Below, in pieces: positions 28,363 to 36,711 of a stretch of 64,000 bases of DNA. The stretch lies in IMG/VR virus record IMGVR_UViG_3300042294_003246, one strand, 5' to 3'. The translations under genes were made by a program, and so were the position numbers. The DNA comes from a virus (taxonomy: Duplodnaviria; Caudoviricetes). Every line of letters begins with the position of its first letter. The stretch's first letter is position 1. The notes beneath the pieces are model-generated. The model did not search any database, was not told the origin of the DNA, and was given only the letters and a program-made list of their open reading frames with translations.

Positions 28363-28416
28363 CTATAACGTCTGATGATAAACAATCGTTTTAATGTTGT
28401 TTATCATTTGTTATAT
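28363..28416 (+). other. attC site 12 (short type)
   Basis: Same core as attC8/10 with one C>T change. Confidence 0.85.
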
Positions 28417-28492
28417 TCAGTTATTTTTTCAATTATTTCAAAAAACCGTTTTTTTTTTATTAATATATAGATTATAAAAAAAAATTAAAACT

Positions 28493-28825
28493 ATGAGAAA
28501 ATTAAAATTTTTAAAAACATTTGAATCTCTTTTGGAAGATGATTTCTCTAAAGAAAATATATTGGACAATATTTTAAGTAAAATAGAGAAAGAATTTATG
28601 AATTCACCTATTAAATTTACAGAAATACTTAAAAGAGGAGATAATAGTATCTACATTAAATATGAAATTGACTGGGAGATGCCAGAGACTATGGAAGATT
28701 GGTGGGATTATGAGGAATTTATAGAAAAACATTTAAATAAATTATCAGATAATTTGAATATATTTGAATATAATTATGATTTAACTAGTATTAGAATATA
28801 TCCCCGTAAAAATAAAAATAATTGA
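28493..28825 (+). CDS. Cassette 12 ORF (hypothetical, LKTFESLLE leader)
   Basis: ORF fills cassette. Confidence 0.7.
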   Translation: MRKLKFLKTFESLLEDDFSKENILDNILSKIEKEFMNSPIKFTEILKRGDNSIYIKYEIDWEMPETMEDWWDYEEFIEKHLNKLSDNLNIFEYNYDLTSIRIYPRKNKNN

Positions 28826-28955
28826 ATATAACGGTCGCAGATATGCCCAGTTTGGGATTAAATAGTATAAACTTTAAATTAATATAAAATGAACAAAGAA
28901 GAACAAAATTTGAATAACGCAGAGAACCCCAAATTGGATATATCTGATGTTAGCG
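28826..28955 (+). other. attC site 13 (contains start codon of next ORF)
   Basis: ATATAAC...CAGATATGCCCAGTTTGGG / CCCAAATTGGATATATCTG...GTTAGCG. Confidence 0.85.
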
Positions 28956-29125
28956 GTAGTTATTTATGGATTCCTGTAACGGAGCGACTACCTGAAACCG
29001 AAGATTACTATGCAGTTAGATTTGAAAACGGCATTGAAGATGAAAAACCTTTTAGGATTAGACCAAAGAAAAATATCTTCGGTTTTATGACTATGGAGAA
29101 AGTTACACATTGGGCGGTTCTATAA
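28889..29125 (+). CDS. Cassette 13 ORF, DUF551-like, starts inside attC13
   Basis: WIPVTERLPE...VTHWA. Confidence 0.7.
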   Translation: MNKEEQNLNNAENPKLDISDVSGSYLWIPVTERLPETEDYYAVRFENGIEDEKPFRIRPKKNIFGFMTMEKVTHWAVL

Positions 29126-29129
29126 TTAC

Positions 29130-29184
29130 CGCTAACGTTTTGCGTGTATAAAATCGTTTTAATGTTTTATACACGCTGTTAGCA
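29130..29184 (+). other. attC site 14 (terminal)
   Basis: CGCTAAC...GCGTGTATAAAA / TTTTATACACGC...GTTAGCA. Confidence 0.85.
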
Positions 29185-29404
29185 GTAGTACGGTAATTAA
29201 CCACAAATGCTCATTCGGAGAACTGAACCTTTTTCTTTTCTTTTTTGTGGGTTGGACAAAATAAATTTGAAAAATTTAAAAATAAATAATATGAAATTAG
29301 AAACAATTGAAAATGGAGTTAAAGATGGGATTTGATAAAAAAATATTAGAAAATGATGGGTTGTTGGATGTTGAATTAGATAATGGGGTTTACAAATATA
29401 GTCT

Positions 29405-29512
29405 ATGACGTTACTTGAAACATATGTACATGTGTTTGGGATTTCTTTAACAATAATATTATTGGGAGGATATCTTACATACAGATACTTTAAGAAAAGA
29501 AAGAAAAAATAA
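29405..29512 (+). CDS. Small membrane peptide (35 aa)
   Basis: MTLLETYVHVFGISLTIILLGGYLTYRYFKKRKKK; diverged copy near 20300-20410. Confidence 0.5.
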   Translation: MTLLETYVHVFGISLTIILLGGYLTYRYFKKRKKK

Positions 29513-30144
29513 TGGCTTACATTGAACATAATTTTTATCCTTTAAAAGTTTGGGTTAGAGACGAATACTTTTATCAGGGTAAAAATGGAAAGGGTAATTT
29601 CACTCAAGGGATTATTATTTCTGTGAGATGTATGCCAGGTCAAGCGGCCTTATTTCAAGTTCTATTAGATAATGGGGTTATGAGAGATAAACTCCCGTCA
29701 CATGCACTACTAACAAAACCTGAATTACCAAATCCAGATCTTCCATTTCATTATTTACAATTATGGAATTGTTTTTCATATAATTTCACACTTCTTAAAT
29801 TAAATTTTGTTTCAGGTGGACCTGTTGAAGTTTATATGAAAGATAGAAAATTTTATTCGGGTAAATATTTTGCCACTATAAATTGGGGTTCAAATGATAT
29901 TAATACTGATATCACATTGTCCGAAGATCCAATGGAACATAAATCCCATCACATAATATTATTAGATAACGGACAAATTGCCTTACAACCTAATAATAGA
30001 ATTAAATGGTCCGAACCAAGTTTTGTGACCAAACCCTTTCCTGAAAAACCAGATTACCTCGTTTGTAATGAATTTTATAATGTGGAAGACCATGAAAAAT
30101 GGCACACAGAAGACAGTGAGAGAATGTTTTATGATAACGAATAA
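29512..30144 (+). CDS. Conserved phage hypothetical (MAYIEHNF family)
   Basis: 210-aa ORF; truncated duplicate at 20410. Confidence 0.75.
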   Translation: MAYIEHNFYPLKVWVRDEYFYQGKNGKGNFTQGIIISVRCMPGQAALFQVLLDNGVMRDKLPSHALLTKPELPNPDLPFHYLQLWNCFSYNFTLLKLNFVSGGPVEVYMKDRKFYSGKYFATINWGSNDINTDITLSEDPMEHKSHHIILLDNGQIALQPNNRIKWSEPSFVTKPFPEKPDYLVCNEFYNVEDHEKWHTEDSERMFYDNE

Positions 30145-30194
30145 TAACATATCTCATTGGGCGATCAACGCCATAATACACAAATTCATTTATT

Positions 30195-30416
30195 ATGAAA
30201 ACACTTGATTTACATGGAGTTAAACACGCTGACGTTGCCAAGTTAATGGATCAATTTATTTGGGAACAGATGAATAAAAAATCTAAGGAGATTGAAATCA
30301 TCACCGGCATAAGCCAAACGATGAAAGATGTGGTCATCAAAAATCTAAAAGATTATGAGTTCACCTATAACGAAGCGTGGAACAACCCTGGTAAGTTGAT
30401 AGTAAGTTTAGTTTAG
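30195..30416 (+). CDS. Smr/MutS2-like small domain protein
   Basis: TLDLHG...IITG...NPG. Confidence 0.65.
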   Translation: MKTLDLHGVKHADVAKLMDQFIWEQMNKKSKEIEIITGISQTMKDVVIKNLKDYEFTYNEAWNNPGKLIVSLV

Positions 30417-30433
30417 TGAAAAAAAAGTGTGAT

Positions 30434-30462
30434 CCCCCGGTTGAATAAGTCGGGGGTTTTTT
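30434..30462 (+). terminator. Intrinsic terminator
   Basis: CCCCCGG...TCGGGGG then T run. Confidence 0.7.
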
Positions 30463-30475
30463 CTATCTTTGTGTT

Positions 30476-32212
30476 ATGTTGCAAGTAGAAGGTAAAACAT
30501 TTCATAAGTTTATTGAGTTAAAGTCTTATAAAACGCAGACTTTCAAAAACTCCTGTCCTATAGAGTATGGACCTGTATATCGTAACGGGAATAATGAATG
30601 TATTATAAAAAAAACAGGTAGATTTTATTACGACGAACTCTTTTTGTCTGAAGAAGACTATGTTAAAAATTTTGGAAACATATGGGCTCAAGTAGACTTT
30701 ACAAGACAACGAGTTTTTATTGAAGAAGGGGAAGACTCAATTTCAATAAAGGCTCAGTATTACCATAAATGGAGAATAGTAGGAAAAAGATTCTTTGTGG
30801 TAAGAAAACACACAAACTACCTATCCTTCAATTTCAAAACCAAAATGTTCTACACAGGTACATTCAAAGGAAAGAATAAAACAAAGATTGGAAACTCCAT
30901 GAAGGTTGATCCAAGTTTTAGAGCTATTAGAGATTTAGAATACACTTTGAAAATTCATAATTCTGTTAGACCTGAAAGTTATTTTTATTTTTTTTTAGAA
31001 AAAATATGGGATAGACTTGGACTTGAAAACACACAAAACTTTGAGACAAAAAATCCTTTTACCCATTATAGTTTAACAAAGTATTTGATCAAAGGTGTAA
31101 AAATACCAAACAATTGGATTCAATACACCGACACATTTGTCCCAATCAAAACTCTTAGAAGTTGTGATATGAACTTAGTTGATGGGGTTATGAAAATGTT
31201 AAAATTAAAAGGGTCAAAAATTAAAAGAATTCTTAATGAAATCCCAAATGTCAATTTTGATAGACTTACAGGTCTCTACTATTTGTTAGGAATTGATAGA
31301 TTCAATAAACTACCTGATAAAATATTCGATTATCAATTCTCAAATGATAGATATGGTAACCCCATTGAAGAAAATCCTGCGGGAGGACAATATTGGTATT
31401 GTACCCATCAGGACTATTTTAAAGATTTTAAAAGAAAGTTTCCTGAGTTAACTAATAAAGAAAAAGATAGAATCCTAACCCTTGGTGAACATCTTGATGA
31501 TGCGGTATTTCATACACTTATTGAACATTTAGAGTTCAAAAAGAAACTAAATGAACTTGGTGAAGATGTTAAGTTGAAATTTCAAAATAGAAGTACCTTC
31601 AATTTAGAACACGAAGAGTTTAGTAGATTACTTACTTCATACACAAGAGGTGAGGTTGAAAGATATTATGGTGAAATTGATACTTTAGAAACACCTATTG
31701 AACACGAGGGTGAAACATATTATCCTGTACTATTGAGAAAAACACTAGATTACGAGAAAGAATCACAACACCAACATAATTGTGTAAGAACATATTGTGA
31801 AAGACCCGATTCAATAATCTTCTCAATTCGAAAAGGTTCTATAAATGGTCAAGAAAGGATTACTGTTGAATACCAATTTAGAAAAAATGAAATTCTTAAT
31901 GTTCAAGAAAGAGCAAGGTTTAATGAGTTACCAAATGAAACATTTTCTCATGTTGCAAAAATTCAGTTGGCAAATATTAATTTAGAATATAAACTTGGGA
32001 CACTTAAACTTCCAAAGTTGACTAAAAGATATCGTAATGGTAAAATAACGGAACAGTTCTCGACTTTTGAAATTGACTTTGATAATGGAACAAGAGTTAT
32101 TCCTATGACACCAAGATGGAATTATGAAACACTTGAGTTCAATTCATGGCAAAACGAAATTTTAGATATGCAACAAGTTCCTGTGAATGATTTTTGGGAT
32201 GAATTACCATAA
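30476..32212 (+). CDS. PcfJ-like domain protein
   Basis: C-terminal YEKESQHQHNCVRTY...ITVE...VQER; TATCTTTG promoter at 30464. Confidence 0.7.
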   Translation: MLQVEGKTFHKFIELKSYKTQTFKNSCPIEYGPVYRNGNNECIIKKTGRFYYDELFLSEEDYVKNFGNIWAQVDFTRQRVFIEEGEDSISIKAQYYHKWRIVGKRFFVVRKHTNYLSFNFKTKMFYTGTFKGKNKTKIGNSMKVDPSFRAIRDLEYTLKIHNSVRPESYFYFFLEKIWDRLGLENTQNFETKNPFTHYSLTKYLIKGVKIPNNWIQYTDTFVPIKTLRSCDMNLVDGVMKMLKLKGSKIKRILNEIPNVNFDRLTGLYYLLGIDRFNKLPDKIFDYQFSNDRYGNPIEENPAGGQYWYCTHQDYFKDFKRKFPELTNKEKDRILTLGEHLDDAVFHTLIEHLEFKKKLNELGEDVKLKFQNRSTFNLEHEEFSRLLTSYTRGEVERYYGEIDTLETPIEHEGETYYPVLLRKTLDYEKESQHQHNCVRTYCERPDSIIFSIRKGSINGQERITVEYQFRKNEILNVQERARFNELPNETFSHVAKIQLANINLEYKLGTLKLPKLTKRYRNGKITEQFSTFEIDFDNGTRVIPMTPRWNYETLEFNSWQNEILDMQQVPVNDFWDELP

Positions 32213-32241
32213 TTTTATTATATTTGTAAAAAACATATAAA

Positions 32242-32523
32242 ATGACAGAAAGACAACAAGAACTTTTGATTGAAATGGTTACCAAAATTGATGAAGCCAG
32301 AACTTATAATCTAATTTCAGGTGTCTTGACATTCTTGTGGTTATTTGAATTCATATACTTAATTTTTTGGGATAACAATCTCAATATAACTTTATATTTT
32401 ACTATTTGGTTGGTTTGTATGGTTGGTTGGGTTCACATGGATAGAAAGTTTAAAAAGAGTATGAAAGAATATAACGAATTAAAAGACGAATACATAACAG
32501 AATTTGGAGATGAAAACATATAA
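32242..32523 (+). CDS. Membrane protein
   Basis: Two hydrophobic helices. Confidence 0.65.
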   Translation: MTERQQELLIEMVTKIDEARTYNLISGVLTFLWLFEFIYLIFWDNNLNITLYFTIWLVCMVGWVHMDRKFKKSMKEYNELKDEYITEFGDENI

Positions 32524-33091
32524 ACAACTACCGATCCCTGAAGACACGGCTTGGGATAGATCAACATTATACGGGAGATTACATTGGAGAATTAGAGATT
32601 TTATAACCAGTTGTCATAACTTAATCAAGTGGTTTCCAACTATTTGGAACGATAGAGATTGGGATGATAGTTTTATCTTAAAGATTCTACAAAAGAAAAT
32701 TGAATTTCAAAGAAAAGAACTTGTTAATTCCAACCGACACATGAGAATTGAACTTGATAATCGTGATATGACTTTAGCTCTTAATTTACTTGAAAGAGTA
32801 AATGAAGAATACTACCAATTGGAGTGTATGGATTATTGGGATAACGATATGATATTCGACGATGTTCCTGATAAACCTGGATTTAAATCAATTGATTTTG
32901 AGGAAAAGTGGGAAAAATATGATGAATACCTTTCTAAATATCCTTCTTCAGTTCGTGCGGTTGTTAAAGAACATGGAGAACAAGATGACAAAAAGCGTTT
33001 ATGTTTATTGGTTTCCCATTATAATCATAATAAAGCAAATAAACTACTATTCAGAGTGCTTGAGGAAAGACTTGCATTTTGGTGGGATTAA
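32504..33091 (+). CDS. Conserved phage hypothetical
   Basis: WFPTIWNDRDWD...FWWD. Confidence 0.7.
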   Translation: MEMKTYKQLPIPEDTAWDRSTLYGRLHWRIRDFITSCHNLIKWFPTIWNDRDWDDSFILKILQKKIEFQRKELVNSNRHMRIELDNRDMTLALNLLERVNEEYYQLECMDYWDNDMIFDDVPDKPGFKSIDFEEKWEKYDEYLSKYPSSVRAVVKEHGEQDDKKRLCLLVSHYNHNKANKLLFRVLEERLAFWWD

Positions 33092-33279
33092 AAAATAAAA
33101 TTATGGATAAAAGAATGATTCAAGGACAGTTAATGAATGAGCATCGTTTGATATCAAACGAGATTGCCGATATCAAAGCATCAAGTTTTGAATTAACTAA
33201 AGAACAAAAACAAAGAATCTCTGAACTTGAAATTAAATTAAAAGTAATTGCTCAAAAGTTATATACACTATACCTATAG
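33079..33279 (+). CDS. Hypothetical coiled-coil protein
   Basis: ORF. Confidence 0.55.
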   Translation: MVGLKNKIMDKRMIQGQLMNEHRLISNEIADIKASSFELTKEQKQRISELEIKLKVIAQKLYTLYL

Positions 33280-33282
33280 TTT

Positions 33283-33534
33283 ATGGATGGATATTTGATA
33301 TTTTTCGAAAATCAATGGGTGGTAAAAAATTTATCCCAAAATGATAATAAAGTTTATCCAATATGGGAAGAAAACCAAGAATGGATCAATAAACCATCAA
33401 CAAAAAAAATACTTAAAGATGGTGTTGAGGTTGTATTTGACATCATAACTTCTGGTGAATATAGTGAAGAAAAACAACAAATTATTAAAACTGATTTTGC
33501 TAAAATTAAGGCAATTTATTTTGAAAGTTTATGA
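33283..33534 (+). CDS. Hypothetical protein
   Basis: ORF. Confidence 0.6.
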   Translation: MDGYLIFFENQWVVKNLSQNDNKVYPIWEENQEWINKPSTKKILKDGVEVVFDIITSGEYSEEKQQIIKTDFAKIKAIYFESL

Positions 33535-33836
33535 AATTTGATAAAAGAATTTTAGATCTTAGTAAAACGATATATCAAACTTCGGTTATGTGTCATGAGT
33601 CCAAACAAGACCCAAATAAACAAATTGATAAAATAAAAACGATGATTCGTGAGTTTATTAGACTTGAGGTTGTTCCTTATGAGCTAACAGAACAAGAAAA
33701 AACAAGTTTTATTATTGAAAATGAATTAAAGATTATTGAGGCGGTTAGGAATGGGCACAAACCATGTGATAATGATGAATTTTCGAAAACAAGGGAAAAA
33801 ATAAATAAATACAGAAAAGATTTAAAATTAATATGA
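33531..33836 (+). CDS. Hypothetical protein
   Basis: ORF. Confidence 0.6.
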   Translation: MKFDKRILDLSKTIYQTSVMCHESKQDPNKQIDKIKTMIREFIRLEVVPYELTEQEKTSFIIENELKIIEAVRNGHKPCDNDEFSKTREKINKYRKDLKLI

Positions 33837-34120
33837 GCGAAGATAGAATACCTTACCCGTTAGACGACTCTCAAGGAGGTCCTGATGGTGCATTTAAAGA
33901 TAAAAATGTAAAATCAACTTGTATTGGTTCAGAAGGATATTACCACGACGACGAGGATATGTCAATTTGGGATAATACCCTTCGAGATGGATTACAGGAG
34001 TTTGAAGTTTATGAAACCATTCAAAAAATAAGAAACTATTATAATGGTCATCATAATATTGACGGAAGACCACCTTCAAGAAAAGATTTTAATGATTACC
34101 TTGATTCGTTAGAAAAATAG
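33833..34120 (+). CDS. Hypothetical protein
   Basis: ORF. Confidence 0.6.
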   Translation: MSEDRIPYPLDDSQGGPDGAFKDKNVKSTCIGSEGYYHDDEDMSIWDNTLRDGLQEFEVYETIQKIRNYYNGHHNIDGRPPSRKDFNDYLDSLEK

Positions 34121-34135
34121 TTTTATTTTTAAACC

Positions 34136-34384
34136 ATGACAGAAAAAGAATTACATTTATTAGGATTCGATAAAGAATTTATCGACGAATACGAAGGAGA
34201 CGAAACTTATTATTACTACTACGAAATTGCCAGTGGTCTATCACTTATTTCTTGTTCAAGTGAAGATGTTGAAGACCATATGTGGTATGTTGAGGTCTTC
34301 AACACAGAACCATCAATTAGATTTACTGAGTTTGGACAACTACAAGGTCTTATTAATTTATTGACTTCTGCAATAGTAAAATGA
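34136..34384 (+). CDS. Hypothetical protein
   Basis: ORF. Confidence 0.6.
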   Translation: MTEKELHLLGFDKEFIDEYEGDETYYYYYEIASGLSLISCSSEDVEDHMWYVEVFNTEPSIRFTEFGQLQGLINLLTSAIVK

Positions 34385-34665
34385 GTAATCTAATTAAAAA
34401 TTACCCAAAGCCGGGTGAAAAATACCAACACTATAAAGGTGGTCAATACGAAGTTATTTGCATGTGTAATCACACAGATACTGACGAACCGCTAGTCATT
34501 TACAAATCACTTTCTTTTGGATCACAATATGCAAGACCATTTTCCGAGTGGAATGATCAAGTCGATACTCAAAACTACGGAGGTAAAGAACAACCAATTT
34601 TTAGATTTAAAAAAAATAGAAAAGTAATGATGAATAATTTAGTTATCAAAAAAGATAGTAATTGA
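34381..34665 (+). CDS. DUF1653 family protein
   Basis: YQHYKGGQYEV...H..T.E.LVIY....ARPFSEW. Confidence 0.8.
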   Translation: MSNLIKNYPKPGEKYQHYKGGQYEVICMCNHTDTDEPLVIYKSLSFGSQYARPFSEWNDQVDTQNYGGKEQPIFRFKKNRKVMMNNLVIKKDSN

Positions 34666-34707
34666 ATATAAAAATAAGATAGTAGATATTTATAATAAAC
34701 AAGTAAA

Positions 34708-35556
34708 ATGATTATCTATAAAATAACTAACAATCTTAATAATAAAATCTATATCGGTCAAGATAGAAATAATAACCCATCTTACTTCGGAAGTGGTAAA
34801 AAAATACAAAGAGCCATAAAAAAATATGGTAAAGAAAATTTTGTAAAAGAAATTTTAGAAGAGTGTGTTGATGAAAATCATATGAATGAAAGAGAAGTTT
34901 ACTGGATATTAAAATATAATAGTCAAGATAGAAAAATTGGTTATAATATAAGTAATGGTGGTAAAGAGGGTGACAGACAAATAGGTCAAGACATTACTAA
35001 AAACGGAATTTATAATTATTGGGTTGAAAAACACGGTCAGGAAGAAGCTGATATTAGAAAAAAACAACAAATTGAAAAAATCATAAAACATAACAAGGAA
35101 AACGGCACAGAACTAACTAAAAAAGGTCGTTATAGTTTATGGTTAGAAAAATATGGTAAAGAAGAGGCCGATAGAAGACATTTTGAATGGAGATTAAAAA
35201 TATCACAACATCAGCAATATAAATTAGAGAATGGGTGGAAGCATACTGACGAAGCCAAAGAAAAAATATCAAAGGCGGGTAAAGGTAGGAAACTATCTGA
35301 AGAAACAAAAAATAAAATGAGAAAACCTAAACCAAAAGGGTTTTCAGAAAAACTATCAAAATTGAAAAAAGGTGTGTCAACAGGATCATCAAAAAAAAGA
35401 TTACAGGTTTTACAATTTGATTTAAATGGTAATTTACTTTATACTTGGGATAGTATAACAGAAGTTGAAAAACAATTAAAAATATTCAATATATCTGCGG
35501 TATGTAAAGGAAAACAAGAAACCGCTGGTGGTTATAAATGGGAATATAAAAAATAA
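34708..35556 (+). CDS. GIY-YIG homing endonuclease with NUMOD3/NUMOD1 motifs
   Basis: IIYKITN..N.KIYIGQ; KHTDEAKEKIS; AGGYKWEY. Confidence 0.88.
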   Translation: MIIYKITNNLNNKIYIGQDRNNNPSYFGSGKKIQRAIKKYGKENFVKEILEECVDENHMNEREVYWILKYNSQDRKIGYNISNGGKEGDRQIGQDITKNGIYNYWVEKHGQEEADIRKKQQIEKIIKHNKENGTELTKKGRYSLWLEKYGKEEADRRHFEWRLKISQHQQYKLENGWKHTDEAKEKISKAGKGRKLSEETKNKMRKPKPKGFSEKLSKLKKGVSTGSSKKRLQVLQFDLNGNLLYTWDSITEVEKQLKIFNISAVCKGKQETAGGYKWEYKK

Positions 35557-35561
35557 CGAAA

Positions 35562-36656
35562 ATGAATAATTTAGACAAACAATACCAAGATTTACTTCAA
35601 GATATTTTGGATAATGGGGTAAAAAAAGAAACAAGAAATGGAGGAACCATCAGTGTTTTTGGTCGTCAGATCAGACACAACATGAGTGAAGGATTTCCTT
35701 TACTCACAACCAAGAAAATGTTTTGGAAAGGAATTGTAACTGAATTGATTTGGTTCCTACGTGGTGATACGAACATTAAATACCTTATAGATAATGATTG
35801 TCATATTTGGGACGGTGATGCTTATAAGAACTACGGTCAAAAGATTATCTCTGGAGGTTACCAAAATTTAGTTGCAATAGGATGGCCTAGTACACAAGAA
35901 GAGTTCATCAACAAAATCAAAACAGATGATGAGTTTGCTAAGAAGTGGGGAGATTTAGGTCCTGTGTATGGTAGACAATGGAGAGCGTGGGGTGGCTTTG
36001 ATAAAAAACCTTCAGGATGGAATCATGGGGCTGTTACTCATTTTTCTGAAGTGCCTAAACTTGACCAGATAAAAAATCTTATTCACGACCTTAAAACAAA
36101 TCCTGATAGCCGAAGATTGATGGTTACAGCTTGGAACCCATCGGAATTGGACCAGATGACTCTTCCACCTTGTCATTATGGATTTCAAATTTATACAAGA
36201 GAGTTCAGTTTACAGGAAAGAAAAGACATATATGATAAATCGTCTTATGTTAAAGATATTTTTCCGACAGATGAAAATGGATGGAATAGTTTATTCAATG
36301 ATTGTAGTATACCAACCAGGGCAATCTCTTTAATGTTCAATATGAGAAGCAATGATGTTCCGCTCGGGCTTCCATTTAATTTGGCTTCATATGGGTTACT
36401 TTTGATGATATTGGCAAAAGAGGTTAATATGGTACCTGAAGAATTGATTTCAAATATGGGAGATTGTCACATATATCTAAATCAAATTGATGGTGTGAAA
36501 GAACAATTAACAAGAGAACCATTTGAATTACCAACTCTTAATCAGTTCCCCACCTATGAAGGTTCAAGACCATCAATAGAATCTTATACTATTGGCGATT
36601 TCACACTTAAAAATTACAAATCACACCCAAGTATAAAAATGCCACTTTCTAACTAA
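35562..36656 (+). CDS. thyA: Thymidylate synthase
   Basis: FPLLTTKK, LGPVYGRQWR, LPPCH, RSNDVPLGLPFN, GDCHIY. Confidence 0.97.
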   Translation: MNNLDKQYQDLLQDILDNGVKKETRNGGTISVFGRQIRHNMSEGFPLLTTKKMFWKGIVTELIWFLRGDTNIKYLIDNDCHIWDGDAYKNYGQKIISGGYQNLVAIGWPSTQEEFINKIKTDDEFAKKWGDLGPVYGRQWRAWGGFDKKPSGWNHGAVTHFSEVPKLDQIKNLIHDLKTNPDSRRLMVTAWNPSELDQMTLPPCHYGFQIYTREFSLQERKDIYDKSSYVKDIFPTDENGWNSLFNDCSIPTRAISLMFNMRSNDVPLGLPFNLASYGLLLMILAKEVNMVPEELISNMGDCHIYLNQIDGVKEQLTREPFELPTLNQFPTYEGSRPSIESYTIGDFTLKNYKSHPSIKMPLSN

Positions 36657-36711
36657 CTTTTTATTATTTGAGGATATTTATATTAAAGGATAAACCTTAA
36701 AGTAAATCAAT

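Larger units (their letters stand above)
23565..29184 (+). mobile_element. Integron-type gene cassette array (CALIN-like): 14 attC sites, 13 single-ORF cassettes, no integrase in window
   Basis: Each site is TAACG...imperfect inverted repeat...TGTTA; each cassette's left tail complements its own right arm. Confidence 0.88.

Noticed and set aside
23565-29184. Reading the cassette-array hairpins as terminators or REP elements
   Set aside because: They lack U-tracts, all have TAACG/TGTTA ends, and show cassette-wise cross-complementarity that terminators or REPs would not produce.
35610-35635. GATAATGGGGTAAAAAAAGAAAC in thyA resembling the DTIQNG repeat
   Set aside because: Single partial match within the conserved ThyA N-terminus (ILDNGxxKxxR); no periodicity.
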